From: Planctomycetota bacterium
GTDB lineage: Bacteria; Planctomycetota; GCA-002687715; DRQF01
Length of the DNA stretch: 18,242 nt
Direction of reading: 5' to 3'
Assembly (NCBI GenBank): GCA_027001995.1
Contig: JALTLO010000049.1
Coordinates: forward strand, 1 to 18,242
Part shown: in pieces, positions 1 through 8,361 of the stretch
Position numbering within the stretch: the first letter of the stretch is position 1
Layout of the letters: each line of letters opens with the position of its first letter
Translations under genes and position numbers: made by a program
The notes under the pieces: model-generated
Databases searched by the model: none
What the model saw: only the letters and a program-made list of their open reading frames with translations
Told to the model about the DNA's origin: nothing

Positions 1-845
1 GAAACACAACTGGTCGTAAAGATAGGGACTAAGTCCGTCACCAAACTTACAGTTCCTGGATTCGCCAAGACCGGAATGTAGAGTGTTGCTGGTGCACTGT
101 CATTGCTGCCATCATTGACGACGAGTTCAAATATGAGAGTCTCTGGCCCAACCGGAGCGATGAACTTAGGCATGACGCTGTTCGCTCCGTTCCCTGGCTC
201 AAAGGTCACGGGCGTACCAGCGGTTTGGGTCCAAGCATAGGTCAGGCTGGACATCTCAGGATCAAACGAGGCACTGCCATCCAAAGTGATGCATGTTTGG
301 CCATCGACAAAACGGGAGGTACCAGGGTCAGCAATGGGTTGAGCATTGATGCTCACGTTGTTGGTGAAACTGATTGCCGTTGCCGCAGTTAGAACAACAT
401 TAAAAGGACCCATGGTTGGGTCTACGACAGCGGCTTGAAGTCCTTGAACCACGGAGCCAGTCGCCACACTACCCTGGCTCACGGATATTTGGAGAGTCCC
501 AAGCCCGGTCGACCCGGTGTTGGCGAAATGAGGAAAAAATGGCCCACTGATCCCATCCACCAAGACCGTTGGTGCCGGACCGATATCGATTTGGCCAATT
601 CCAGAATAGACCGTATTACCCACATCTAACATGGTGGCACCAATCAAGACGTAGGGCTGATCTGTGGCGCCAGAAACTTCAATGATCACCGGCTGAGGAT
701 GTTCAATCGTGACGGAATAAGGTGGCGTACCGCTACTACTAGAGCCATTGACATCGAGGCCCCCGGCAGCCGAATTTGTTTCTTGTCCCCAACATGCGAC
801 ACCCAAAACAGCAATCACCGCAGCGATTTTCACGCTCAGACTCAT
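1..845 (-). CDS. Secreted multidomain protein, 3'-truncated by the window edge: signal peptide, Gly/Ser/Thr-rich beta domain, PKD/K319L-like Ig-fold domain, probable start of a cytochrome c domain
   Basis: Not in the ORF track because its stop lies outside the window. Translated by hand: ATG at 845, preceded by AGAGGGATGAGTT (SD-like), with an in-frame stop just upstream and no stop down to base 1. Begins MSLSVKIAAVIAVLGVACWGQET (signal-peptide-like). Contains NAQPIADPG...ITLDGSASFDPEMSSLTYAWTQTAGTPV...FIAP...LIFELVVNDGSNDSAPAT (PKD-like pattern) and ends VSLVTDLVPIFTTSCVS. Confidence 0.85.
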   Translation of the reverse strand, partial: MSLSVKIAAVIAVLGVACWGQETNSAAGGLDVNGSSSSGTPPYSVTIEHPQPVIIEVSGATDQPYVLIGATMLDVGNTVYSGIGQIDIGPAPTVLVDGISGPFFPHFANTGSTGLGTLQISVSQGSVATGSVVQGLQAAVVDPTMGPFNVVLTAATAISFTNNVSINAQPIADPGTSRFVDGQTCITLDGSASFDPEMSSLTYAWTQTAGTPVTFEPGNGANSVMPKFIAPVGPETLIFELVVNDGSNDSAPATLYIPVLANPGTVSLVTDLVPIFTTSCV

Positions 846-1185
846 AACTCATCCCTCTATATTGGTCCAAAAAGCGCGTATTTCCTTCTGAGTGTATTGA
901 GCCGGCAATAGCAGTGAAAGGAACTCCTTTCATTGAACAAACGACTCAATCTCGTCATCAACCCAGGCAAAGGGTCAAGGCTGGGTCTGATAGGGTCTCA
1001 GGTCCTCTTCCGTCATCTCGACAGGCTCCGACTGAGAACCCAAAAAAAGGGTAATGACCCAGAATTCGTCGATCACAAGGGGTTTCTCGAAGAAGTGAGA
1101 GTTACTTTTCTCTTCAGGCCCATGTGCTAATCTCTTGGCGGTGACGAATCTGAATTCGTCTAGCCTTTTTGCTGTTCCTTGTTGG

Positions 1186-3219
1186 ATGTTGTTGATGCAT
1201 TACACCGTGGCATTCCTGTTCTGGGCCGCCCTGCTAATTCCTGGGTTCGCTCTCACCATGAGGTGGGCTCCAGGACTGACAAAGGGTGGCTTGATGAGCA
1301 CCATCGCCGTCTCCTTCTTGGCGACTTTGGCGATTCTCATGCCCGTGGGGATCATCGGTTTCCTGACCCGCACGCCCTTGATCATCATTTCAGGCTTCTT
1401 GGTCCTGAGTGTCATTTGGGGCACCTTCGACATCTTTAGATCTGGTGCTTGGAGGGAGTGGAAGAATCAAGCTTCGAGCCTCCTACGCCTGGAAGCTCTC
1501 GTTGTCGCTTTCGGTTTTTCCATCCAAGCAAGGATCGGATCTTTCATGGGTGCGGACGCACTCATTCACTTAGCCCGGGTTCGTCAGATTATCGATCACG
1601 GACTCACCAATGCCGACCCCTTCATCAAAGGCGATTTCTTCTACCCTATCTATCACACAAACATCTACCACGTTCTTCTGGCTTCATGCGCGCAGCTGAC
1701 TCAAGTCCACTATTTGGATGTCTGGTATGGGGCTCTCCCCGTCATGTTCTTGCTAATTGGCTCTGCCATATACTTTATGACGTATCAGATCTTTGCCAAT
1801 CGCTGGGCGGCCTGGACTGCTACCTTGTTCTTCTTGGCAGATCAGGGGCACGTCAATTTCTTAGTATATCCCAACAAGGTTTCCCCCTTCTTCTTGCTGC
1901 CCCTCCTGGTGGGACTGAGCGTTCGGGCCTTGAGCAAGAAACCCACTTACAAAGACGCTGTTCCTATTGGGGCAGCCTCATTAGCCTTGGGTATGTTCCA
2001 CGGCATGTACGCCTTTTTCGGTGCCATCTTGGTTGGCCCGGCATTCCTTGTCCTGGGCATCCGCAGCTTAATTCGCAAAGAAGGGATCTACAAGAAATAC
2101 GCTCTTTGCATGTTCGCCCTCATTCTGTCGCTGCCATGGCCGATGATCTCCAAGTCCGTACAAGAAGCCACCCGCATCGACACAATTCGCACACGTATCG
2201 CCCGAGACCGAGACCCAAATGCCGTCCAGTTAGCAACAGCGAAAACGGATAAGAAAAAGAAAGTCACCTCTAACGTCGGTTCCAATGCCTTCTTCCACAC
2301 CCTCCCCTTCGGGATGATCATGAAGAAGCCATTTCGTGGTTTCGGCGGTGGAAGTGGCATCCTCGGTATCAAAGGATTTCGCTATCAATACCTCTTCTTA
2401 GGGTTCCTACTGGGCTTTTTCAGTAAGCGGCGGAAGCAATTTCTGATTGCCGCGAGCATCTCTGGGGTCACCCTCCTCTACCTCATTTTCCCGCCGACCT
2501 GTACGCTCCTGTTTCGAATCATGGAGGCCAAATGGATGCTCCAACGCTTGGAAACCGCAGGTCTTTCCATGATGTTCCCATCTCTCGTCTTTGGCGCTAT
2601 TGCTTTCCAGATCAGCCAAAAGCTCCACATTTCCCAAACTGATCATTGGCTCAAGAGAAGCCGAACGGTGGTTGTCCAAGGCCTCATCGCCATTTTCTTC
2701 ATGCTCTTCGCTTTCTCCTATTCTGGTCAATGGGCCAAGTGGAACAGCATTTTCAAAGACGGCGATCCCTTTCGGCAGAAGAAAAAGAACTGGAGCTTGA
2801 GCTACCGTTTTGCCCAACTCCCGGCAAAGAAACGACAAACTCAAGTTCGGTCTATGAAACGACTGAGAAAATTCTACCAAGAGACCATTCCCAAAGGGTC
2901 CTACGTCATCGTGACTGACAACAAGGGCATGGAGCTCGTCACGCTTCATGATGCTCATATTCTCGACCCAATTCGATCGAGCGTCGGAGTTGCAGATCTT
3001 TCGTACTACCGTCGCTTAAATCGAAGAGTCCTCAACCCCATCACCCCATGGCGCGTTCGAAGAAAGATCCTCGAACAGTTTGATTGCGCTTACTACATTC
3101 CACAACGAGGCAGACCCGCTTGGTTAGAAGGGCACATCAAGCACCAATGGAGAATGCGACAGGGCAAAGGAAAAGTCATTGAACTCAAGTTGGACAAAGA
3201 TGAAAGCCCAGGAGACTAG
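1186..3219 (+). CDS. Polytopic membrane protein, putative GT-C-fold glycosyltransferase (DUF6077/STT3-like loop)
   Basis: Long ORF with many hydrophobic segments and an early loop GADALIHLARVRQIIDHGLTNADPF...YPIYHTNIYHVLLA, resembling the D-x-x-x-H loop of GT-C enzymes. It has a soluble basic C-terminal domain and glycosyltransferase neighbours. The start is uncertain: ATG 1186 or 1195 preferred over TTG 1135. Confidence 0.6.
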   Translation: MLLMHYTVAFLFWAALLIPGFALTMRWAPGLTKGGLMSTIAVSFLATLAILMPVGIIGFLTRTPLIIISGFLVLSVIWGTFDIFRSGAWREWKNQASSLLRLEALVVAFGFSIQARIGSFMGADALIHLARVRQIIDHGLTNADPFIKGDFFYPIYHTNIYHVLLASCAQLTQVHYLDVWYGALPVMFLLIGSAIYFMTYQIFANRWAAWTATLFFLADQGHVNFLVYPNKVSPFFLLPLLVGLSVRALSKKPTYKDAVPIGAASLALGMFHGMYAFFGAILVGPAFLVLGIRSLIRKEGIYKKYALCMFALILSLPWPMISKSVQEATRIDTIRTRIARDRDPNAVQLATAKTDKKKKVTSNVGSNAFFHTLPFGMIMKKPFRGFGGGSGILGIKGFRYQYLFLGFLLGFFSKRRKQFLIAASISGVTLLYLIFPPTCTLLFRIMEAKWMLQRLETAGLSMMFPSLVFGAIAFQISQKLHISQTDHWLKRSRTVVVQGLIAIFFMLFAFSYSGQWAKWNSIFKDGDPFRQKKKNWSLSYRFAQLPAKKRQTQVRSMKRLRKFYQETIPKGSYVIVTDNKGMELVTLHDAHILDPIRSSVGVADLSYYRRLNRRVLNPITPWRVRRKILEQFDCAYYIPQRGRPAWLEGHIKHQWRMRQGKGKVIELKLDKDESPGD

Positions 3220-3237
3220 ATTCCACAAGGGTGGCCC

Positions 3238-5727
3238 TCAATTGTCATGGGGTTTCTTTTGATCGAGGAGCTGATCAACAGCCACCCAAAAGGAGCGCCA
3301 AGAAGCAGGGGCCCCTGCACCGCGGACCACGCGAAAAGCCCAGGCGCTTCGCCATGTTTCCAAAGCCCGCTTAGCCGACTTCGCTTCGGCTCCGCCATGA
3401 GCAAGCTGAACACGGCGCAACTTCAAATCAGCTGAAAGCCATGTAAGAGAACGCTTGAAGTCCTTGGCTTTCACTGCGGCCCAAGCAGCCTTATAGCGAT
3501 AAGACTGCTTCAAGTCATTGGCTAAAGTTGGGCTTTTGTCGAATGCCCGCTCATAGAGTGAGACAGACTTAGAGAAAGATTTCTTCGCCGCTGCTATTCC
3601 GGCGTAGAGCAACAGTTTTTCTGGGTCGGCGTCCTCCCATCCAGTAGCAAGGAAATCTGAATAAGAAGGAAGCGCCTGTGCCATGGCAGCGTTTCGTTTC
3701 AACAGCATGGAAGCAGCCTGCCCCAAGCCCTTCTGAGCCCCGGTGGGTAACTTCAACAAACCTTGAAAACTCTGAGTTGCCTGAGCATAACGCCCCAGCT
3801 TACTTTCCAAGATGCCAACTTGTAAACGAGCGCGAGCCAAGTCCTTGAGACCTTGAGCTTTCTTTGCTGCCTCCAGGGCATCTTCATATCGCTCCATGGT
3901 TTCAAGGGTAATGGAGTAGTTCAGCCATATTTCAGCACTTTGATCATCCAAAGCCAGGGCTTTTTTGTAATTGGCTTCCGCCTCCTCCAAGTTACCCCCT
4001 CGCCGAGCCAGCGTTGCCGCCACAGAGTAAGCTTCCGCAGAATCAATACCCTCACGGAAGGCTCGATTGAGCGATTTGGCCGCCAAATCATATTGACCAG
4101 ACCGGATATACACTTGCGCCTTCTTGCAGTGCAAATCGGGCCAGCGGGGGGCCAACAATCCAGCCTTATCAAAAGCCTCGATCGCCTGTTCGTGCTGACC
4201 AACTTTCGACAAAGTCACGCCCAAGACCAACCAACCTAGAGGTGCCCCCCGTTGGAATTTCGTGCCCCGAATGGCGTAAGGCAAGGCCGCCGGATAGTTC
4301 CCCCGTCGACTTTCAATCTGAGCCATCAGCGTACTGTTGAGACCATAGTTGGGACTTGCTGCCAACGATTTTTGGCACCAAGTTTCTGCTTGCTCAAGAT
4401 CGCCAGCTAACAATGCCAAGCCACCCAACTGATTGAGCGCCCTGCCATTCTCAGGACTCACCTCTAAGACATTCTGCCACATAGCCACAGGATCGGCATA
4501 AAGCTGATTGCGAGAGAAAGTCGCGAAGGCAAGTAAACAGTAGGGAACAGCGATCAAGAGCATGACCAACTCTCGCCTCATCGCTTTCACCTTCAACAAA
4601 CGACAAAGCCCCAGAATGCCCAATACCAAGACCGCAATGGACGACAAGTACATGCGGTGCTCAGCCGCGTTGTCGAAAGTAGGGATCACGCTGGAGGTTG
4701 GAGCCAGAATCAAGAAGAAAGCAACAATGAGAAACCCAACCCGGCGGCCTCGCTGCAACCAGAAAAATCCCAGAAGCAAAGTGACAAGAACAATCGGTCC
4801 TTCAACCAGGACATCTGCAATGGATGTCACCGCTTTCCAAGTGTAGTCCAAACATTGATTGATTGGGAGAAAGACGAGGCGCACATAGTGAATCAAAACC
4901 CCAGATTCCGTCAGCAAATAGTCCGTGGATGAAATGTGACCAACGCTTAGCCCGGCACTTGCTGAGGCACCTGGGGATCCGCCCCCTGACGCCGATTTCG
5001 TCGTGAGCAGCTTGCCCAAAAGCCCAGTCGACAAGGGAACAAGCCAAATGCCGGTCAAAATCAGATAACCACGCCAACGTTCTTTCAACGATTTCCAGCC
5101 ATCCCGGCAGAAGAAAACACGATCGTAAAAGACTGCCATCAAAGGCAAAGAACCGATGACGACTTTGGTCAACATACCCAAGGAACCGAATAGGGCAGCG
5201 AGGAAGAACCAAGGTAGGCTACGACTTGATTGGCAAGCCTTCATGACGGCCCAAAGACCCGCCAGATAAAAAAGTCCCATCAAAGATTCAGAACGCTGAA
5301 CGATGTAAGTGACTGACTCAGTATGAATCGGATGGACGCCCCAAAGAAGGGCGACCGCGAATGCCAAATGATCTGATTGTGGCAACCATTTGGGCGGTGC
5401 TCTCATGGCATTCAAAGTACCCCGAAGCAAAAGGAAGAGCACCAACACGCTTGCCAAGTGAATCAGCAGGTTGACGAGATGGTAACTCCAGGGGTCGAAA
5501 CCTGAAATCTTGTAGTTCAGCGCCAATGACAGACTTTGGAGGGGCCGTTGTCCTCGGAAATGGCGTTTGAGGGGAAGAAACTCCTTAATCCTTGGGCTCT
5601 GCTCAATTTCCCGAGAATCATCAAACAGATAGGTTCCTTTGAAACTGTTCAGCCATGGCAAAGACACCAGTGCAAGCAAGATGAGAATTAGGACTTTGGC
5701 TGGCCGTCTCCCTCTTGAATCGTTCAT
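3238..5727 (-). CDS. TMTC-like membrane glycosyltransferase (protein O-mannosyltransferase-like GT-C) with TPR repeats and an extra C-terminal helical module
   Basis: Motifs YLFDDSREI (DD loop), RPLQSLSLALNY, YHLVNLLIH, LWGVHPIHTESVTYIVQRSE, AEHRMYLS and RNQLYADPVAMW are followed by TPR-like repeats such as EEAEANYKKALALD. Start reassigned to ATG 5727, which overlaps the upstream gene's stop as ATGA (5724-5727); 829 aa. Confidence 0.85.
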   Translation of the reverse strand: MNDSRGRRPAKVLILILLALVSLPWLNSFKGTYLFDDSREIEQSPRIKEFLPLKRHFRGQRPLQSLSLALNYKISGFDPWSYHLVNLLIHLASVLVLFLLLRGTLNAMRAPPKWLPQSDHLAFAVALLWGVHPIHTESVTYIVQRSESLMGLFYLAGLWAVMKACQSSRSLPWFFLAALFGSLGMLTKVVIGSLPLMAVFYDRVFFCRDGWKSLKERWRGYLILTGIWLVPLSTGLLGKLLTTKSASGGGSPGASASAGLSVGHISSTDYLLTESGVLIHYVRLVFLPINQCLDYTWKAVTSIADVLVEGPIVLVTLLLGFFWLQRGRRVGFLIVAFFLILAPTSSVIPTFDNAAEHRMYLSSIAVLVLGILGLCRLLKVKAMRRELVMLLIAVPYCLLAFATFSRNQLYADPVAMWQNVLEVSPENGRALNQLGGLALLAGDLEQAETWCQKSLAASPNYGLNSTLMAQIESRRGNYPAALPYAIRGTKFQRGAPLGWLVLGVTLSKVGQHEQAIEAFDKAGLLAPRWPDLHCKKAQVYIRSGQYDLAAKSLNRAFREGIDSAEAYSVAATLARRGGNLEEAEANYKKALALDDQSAEIWLNYSITLETMERYEDALEAAKKAQGLKDLARARLQVGILESKLGRYAQATQSFQGLLKLPTGAQKGLGQAASMLLKRNAAMAQALPSYSDFLATGWEDADPEKLLLYAGIAAAKKSFSKSVSLYERAFDKSPTLANDLKQSYRYKAAWAAVKAKDFKRSLTWLSADLKLRRVQLAHGGAEAKSAKRALETWRSAWAFRVVRGAGAPASWRSFWVAVDQLLDQKKPHDN

Positions 5728-6095
5728 ACAGCCTCGCTCGACGAACTCTTCTTTGGGCGGTCTTCGCCTTCCCGCTGGATAGCAACCTCTCGAACCAGCA
5801 AAGTGATTTCGCGACTCAACCGTCGAGTCCGGGCATAGACCAAGACCAAGGCACAGCTGAGAAAGATCACCGAGCAATAGAGCACCAGGAAGCGACCACT
5901 CCCGACCCCAATGTCCTTGGCGATTTTATTGGTAATCCTCGGATAGACTGAGACGTAGCATAAAGCCCCCCAAACCACAGACCAGCGTAGGGCCTGCCAG
6001 ATTGTTGCACGCCCTCGTATCTTGGCAATCCAAGTGCTTAAGAGCAGCAAGCACCCCATAACCAACAGTGCTGTCCGAAAATAACCAAGTTCCAT
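5724..6095 (-). CDS. DUF2304 family (GacJ-like) small membrane protein
   Basis: 123 aa with three hydrophobic segments and the pattern YPRITNKIAKDIGVGSGRFLVLYCSVIFL...YARTRRLSREITLLVREVAI typical of DUF2304. Its stop overlaps the next start (ATGA). Confidence 0.8.
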   Translation of the reverse strand: MELGYFRTALLVMGCLLLLSTWIAKIRGRATIWQALRWSVVWGALCYVSVYPRITNKIAKDIGVGSGRFLVLYCSVIFLSCALVLVYARTRRLSREITLLVREVAIQREGEDRPKKSSSSEAV

Positions 6096-6243
6096 GGCGA
6101 CAAATCTCCGTGTGTGCCCCAGGATAGTTCAATTGGGGGTTCCTCCTCAAACGAAAAACCCCTGGTTAGTGGACTCTTGGCCACATTTCAGTAAAAAAAG
6201 GGCTGAGCCTTCCTCGTCTCTCTCGTGGATATTGAGTCACCCG

Positions 6244-7239
6244 ATGAATGTTACCCTTGTCATCCCTGGTCGAAACTGTGCCTCTACCTTGGAAGCCTGC
6301 CTCGCCAGTGTCATTGGTTTGCTTCAGTCGCCGACTTCTCCCCTTGCTGAAGTCTTATTTATCGACGACGGCTCCACCGACGAAACCCCGGCCATTGCCC
6401 AGAAATTCAACATCACTTACGTGAAAGGTGAGGGGAAAGGCCCAGGGGCTGCCCGCAATCTGGGATGGCGCCGAGCCCAGAACGAGTTGGTTTGGTTTAT
6501 CGACTCCGACACGGTGGCCGCCGCCGATGCCTTGGATCTCCTGGTCCCTCACATGGAAGACCCAAAGGTAGGAGGCGTGTCTGGGAGCTACGACAATGCG
6601 GTTCCCGAGAGTCTCTTGGCCTGCCTCATCCACGAAGAGATCATTGAACGCCATTTGGCTATGCCCACAGAGGTCAACTTCCTCGCAACTTTTAACGTCA
6701 TCTACCGCCGAGAAATTCTCAGAGAACTAGATGGTTTCGACGAGCGCTATCTCAAAGCCCAAGATGCGGAATTCTCCTTTCGCGTGTTGGAACTGGGCAA
6801 AAAGCTCCATTTTGAATTTCGGTCCAAGGTGGCCCACCACCATGTCACGCAATTGCGAAAATATTTGCGTGTACAAAGGCATCAAGGGTTCTGGCGGGTT
6901 TATCTTCACTTAGAACATGAAGGCCATTCAACTGGCGATTCCTATTCAAGCCTCTTGGACCACATTCAGCCACCCTTGGCCATGCTCTGCTTGGCCATGG
7001 TTCCTTTTGTCATCTGGAACTTTCCCCGGCTCTCCTTTTTGACCCCAAGTCTCTTGCTCAACATTCTCTTAGGAATTCTCTTTTTGCTTCAACTCCCTTT
7101 GACCTTGCGGTTGGTCAAACGCAACAAACAATTGCGCTACTTGGCTTTCGCCCCCATGAGCTTCATTCGCGCATTCGCTCGAGGTATCGGCATGAGCTTG
7201 GGCACCTGCCACTATTTGCTGAGCAAAAAGAAAAGCTAA
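6244..7239 (+). CDS. Glycosyltransferase family 2 with C-terminal membrane helices
   Basis: MNVTLVIPGRN, IDDGSTD, GPGAARNLG, FIDSD (DxD) and GFDERYLKAQDAEFSFR, plus a hydrophobic C-terminus. Start moved to ATG 6244, where the GT-A fold begins; 331 aa. Confidence 0.9.
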   Translation: MNVTLVIPGRNCASTLEACLASVIGLLQSPTSPLAEVLFIDDGSTDETPAIAQKFNITYVKGEGKGPGAARNLGWRRAQNELVWFIDSDTVAAADALDLLVPHMEDPKVGGVSGSYDNAVPESLLACLIHEEIIERHLAMPTEVNFLATFNVIYRREILRELDGFDERYLKAQDAEFSFRVLELGKKLHFEFRSKVAHHHVTQLRKYLRVQRHQGFWRVYLHLEHEGHSTGDSYSSLLDHIQPPLAMLCLAMVPFVIWNFPRLSFLTPSLLLNILLGILFLLQLPLTLRLVKRNKQLRYLAFAPMSFIRAFARGIGMSLGTCHYLLSKKKS

Positions 7240-7257
7240 CTGAATAAACAATCGAGA

Positions 7258-8358
7258 TTACGCCGCGCACTCATTGCGGTGCCAGGCCTCCGCTTCTTTG
7301 GTCAGATCATTTTTTTCAATGCTGACAAGACCTAAGCGAAGTTTTAGGGATTCAGAGACATATCCAAAGAGGCGCACATGATAGTAGGCCAGGAGAATGG
7401 GGAATCCCCGGATAAACTGAGGGATGGTCTTGCCCTTGAGAAAAATGTCGTTGTAGCTGATGGCGGCCACAGCCAATCCCAAGAACAAGAACGGTACAAC
7501 CAGAAGCCAGGGGTGAATAAAACCAAGGGGTAACGCCAGGTAGCCCAAGATAAAAAAGACCATATCTATGCGCTGCTTGAGGCCAAACTTGTAAACCAGT
7601 TTGGCAGCGGATCGCCCACCCTTCTGGGCCTGCCTAAAGAAAGACCTTCGCGTATAGGGGTGTTCGTGCAACACCCGGGCGTTTGGGGTGGCCACCAGTT
7701 CATAACCATAGGCATGCAAACGCAGATGAATGCCTTCTTCATCACCACGGCCAGAGACGGAAGTATCAGGCTGGCCATCTTTAGTTTTTTGAATCTGTGC
7801 CCGATCGATATCCCATTTGAGGCGCAGCAACAGCTCCCGCCGAATGGCCATATTGCCAGCAATAAGTCGACGTGCAGGGCCAGCTTTGGCCAGTCTGTGG
7901 GTACCCCGAAAAACCAATTCGTAGATGTTCCCAGGTTCTTGATCGTCAACCAAACCAGTCACGGCGGCGACCTTCTCGCTAGTGAAACCCAACTCAAGTT
8001 CCGACAACCAATTGCTGTCTGCAATGCAGTCATCATCAAGGAAAGCAACGTAGCAACCACGGGCAGCTTGGATGCCGCGATTGCGACTCGGATTAGCTCC
8101 CATCTGCTCGTCATTTCTGAGCAATATGAGATGGAGGCCCGACAAATCGGCCTTAATCCTCTCCAAGGCTCCCGGTGTATCATCGGTAGAACCATCATCA
8201 ATGACGATTACTTCGTAACTGGGATGATCTTGTTTCGCCAAGGCCTCCAGGCACTTGCGGATTTTGCTCGGCCGATTGAGCGTGGGCACGACCACAGAGA
8301 AAACACAAGGCGTGTCTGTTTCCGCGGTCAATGCTTTGTCACCCACTGCCTCTGTCAT
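7258..8358 (-). CDS. Glycosyltransferase family 2 with C-terminal membrane helices
   Basis: SVVVPTLNR, VIDDGSTDDT, SRNRGIQAARG, FLDDDC and AGNMAIRRE, plus a hydrophobic C-terminus. Starts 3 nt after the cysNC stop. Confidence 0.9.
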   Translation of the reverse strand: MTEAVGDKALTAETDTPCVFSVVVPTLNRPSKIRKCLEALAKQDHPSYEVIVIDDGSTDDTPGALERIKADLSGLHLILLRNDEQMGANPSRNRGIQAARGCYVAFLDDDCIADSNWLSELELGFTSEKVAAVTGLVDDQEPGNIYELVFRGTHRLAKAGPARRLIAGNMAIRRELLLRLKWDIDRAQIQKTKDGQPDTSVSGRGDEEGIHLRLHAYGYELVATPNARVLHEHPYTRRSFFRQAQKGGRSAAKLVYKFGLKQRIDMVFFILGYLALPLGFIHPWLLVVPFLFLGLAVAAISYNDIFLKGKTIPQFIRGFPILLAYYHVRLFGYVSESLKLRLGLVSIEKNDLTKEAEAWHRNECAA

Positions 8359-8361
8359 GGT

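Noticed and set aside
435..933. ORF-track entries 435..629 (+), 699..911 (+) and 739..933 (-)
   Set aside because: They overlap the better-supported 1-845 minus-strand CDS, which has an SD, a signal peptide and a PKD motif. They show no recognisable motifs.
920..946. GGAAC-N17-CGACT, resembling an ECF sigma promoter
   Set aside because: A short degenerate match about 240 nt from the next start; cannot be told from chance.
1449..2958. Long alternative-frame ORFs 1449..2252 (+) and 2407..2958 (-)
   Set aside because: Shadows inside the membrane-protein gene with no domain-like features.
3220..3237. CCAC-AAGG-GTGG hairpin between convergent genes as a terminator
   Set aside because: Only a 4-bp stem and no U-tract. 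The convergent gaps at 7240-7257 and 14544-14572 also show no convincing terminator.
5728..5877. 50-aa N-terminal extension of the TMTC-like ORF
   Set aside because: It lies inside the DUF2304 gene. The ATGA overlap at 5724-5727 gives a more plausible start.
6094..6243. N-terminal extension of the GT2 ORF from 6094
   Set aside because: It would overlap the divergent DUF2304 start and leave no promoter space. The GT-A fold begins at ATG 6244.
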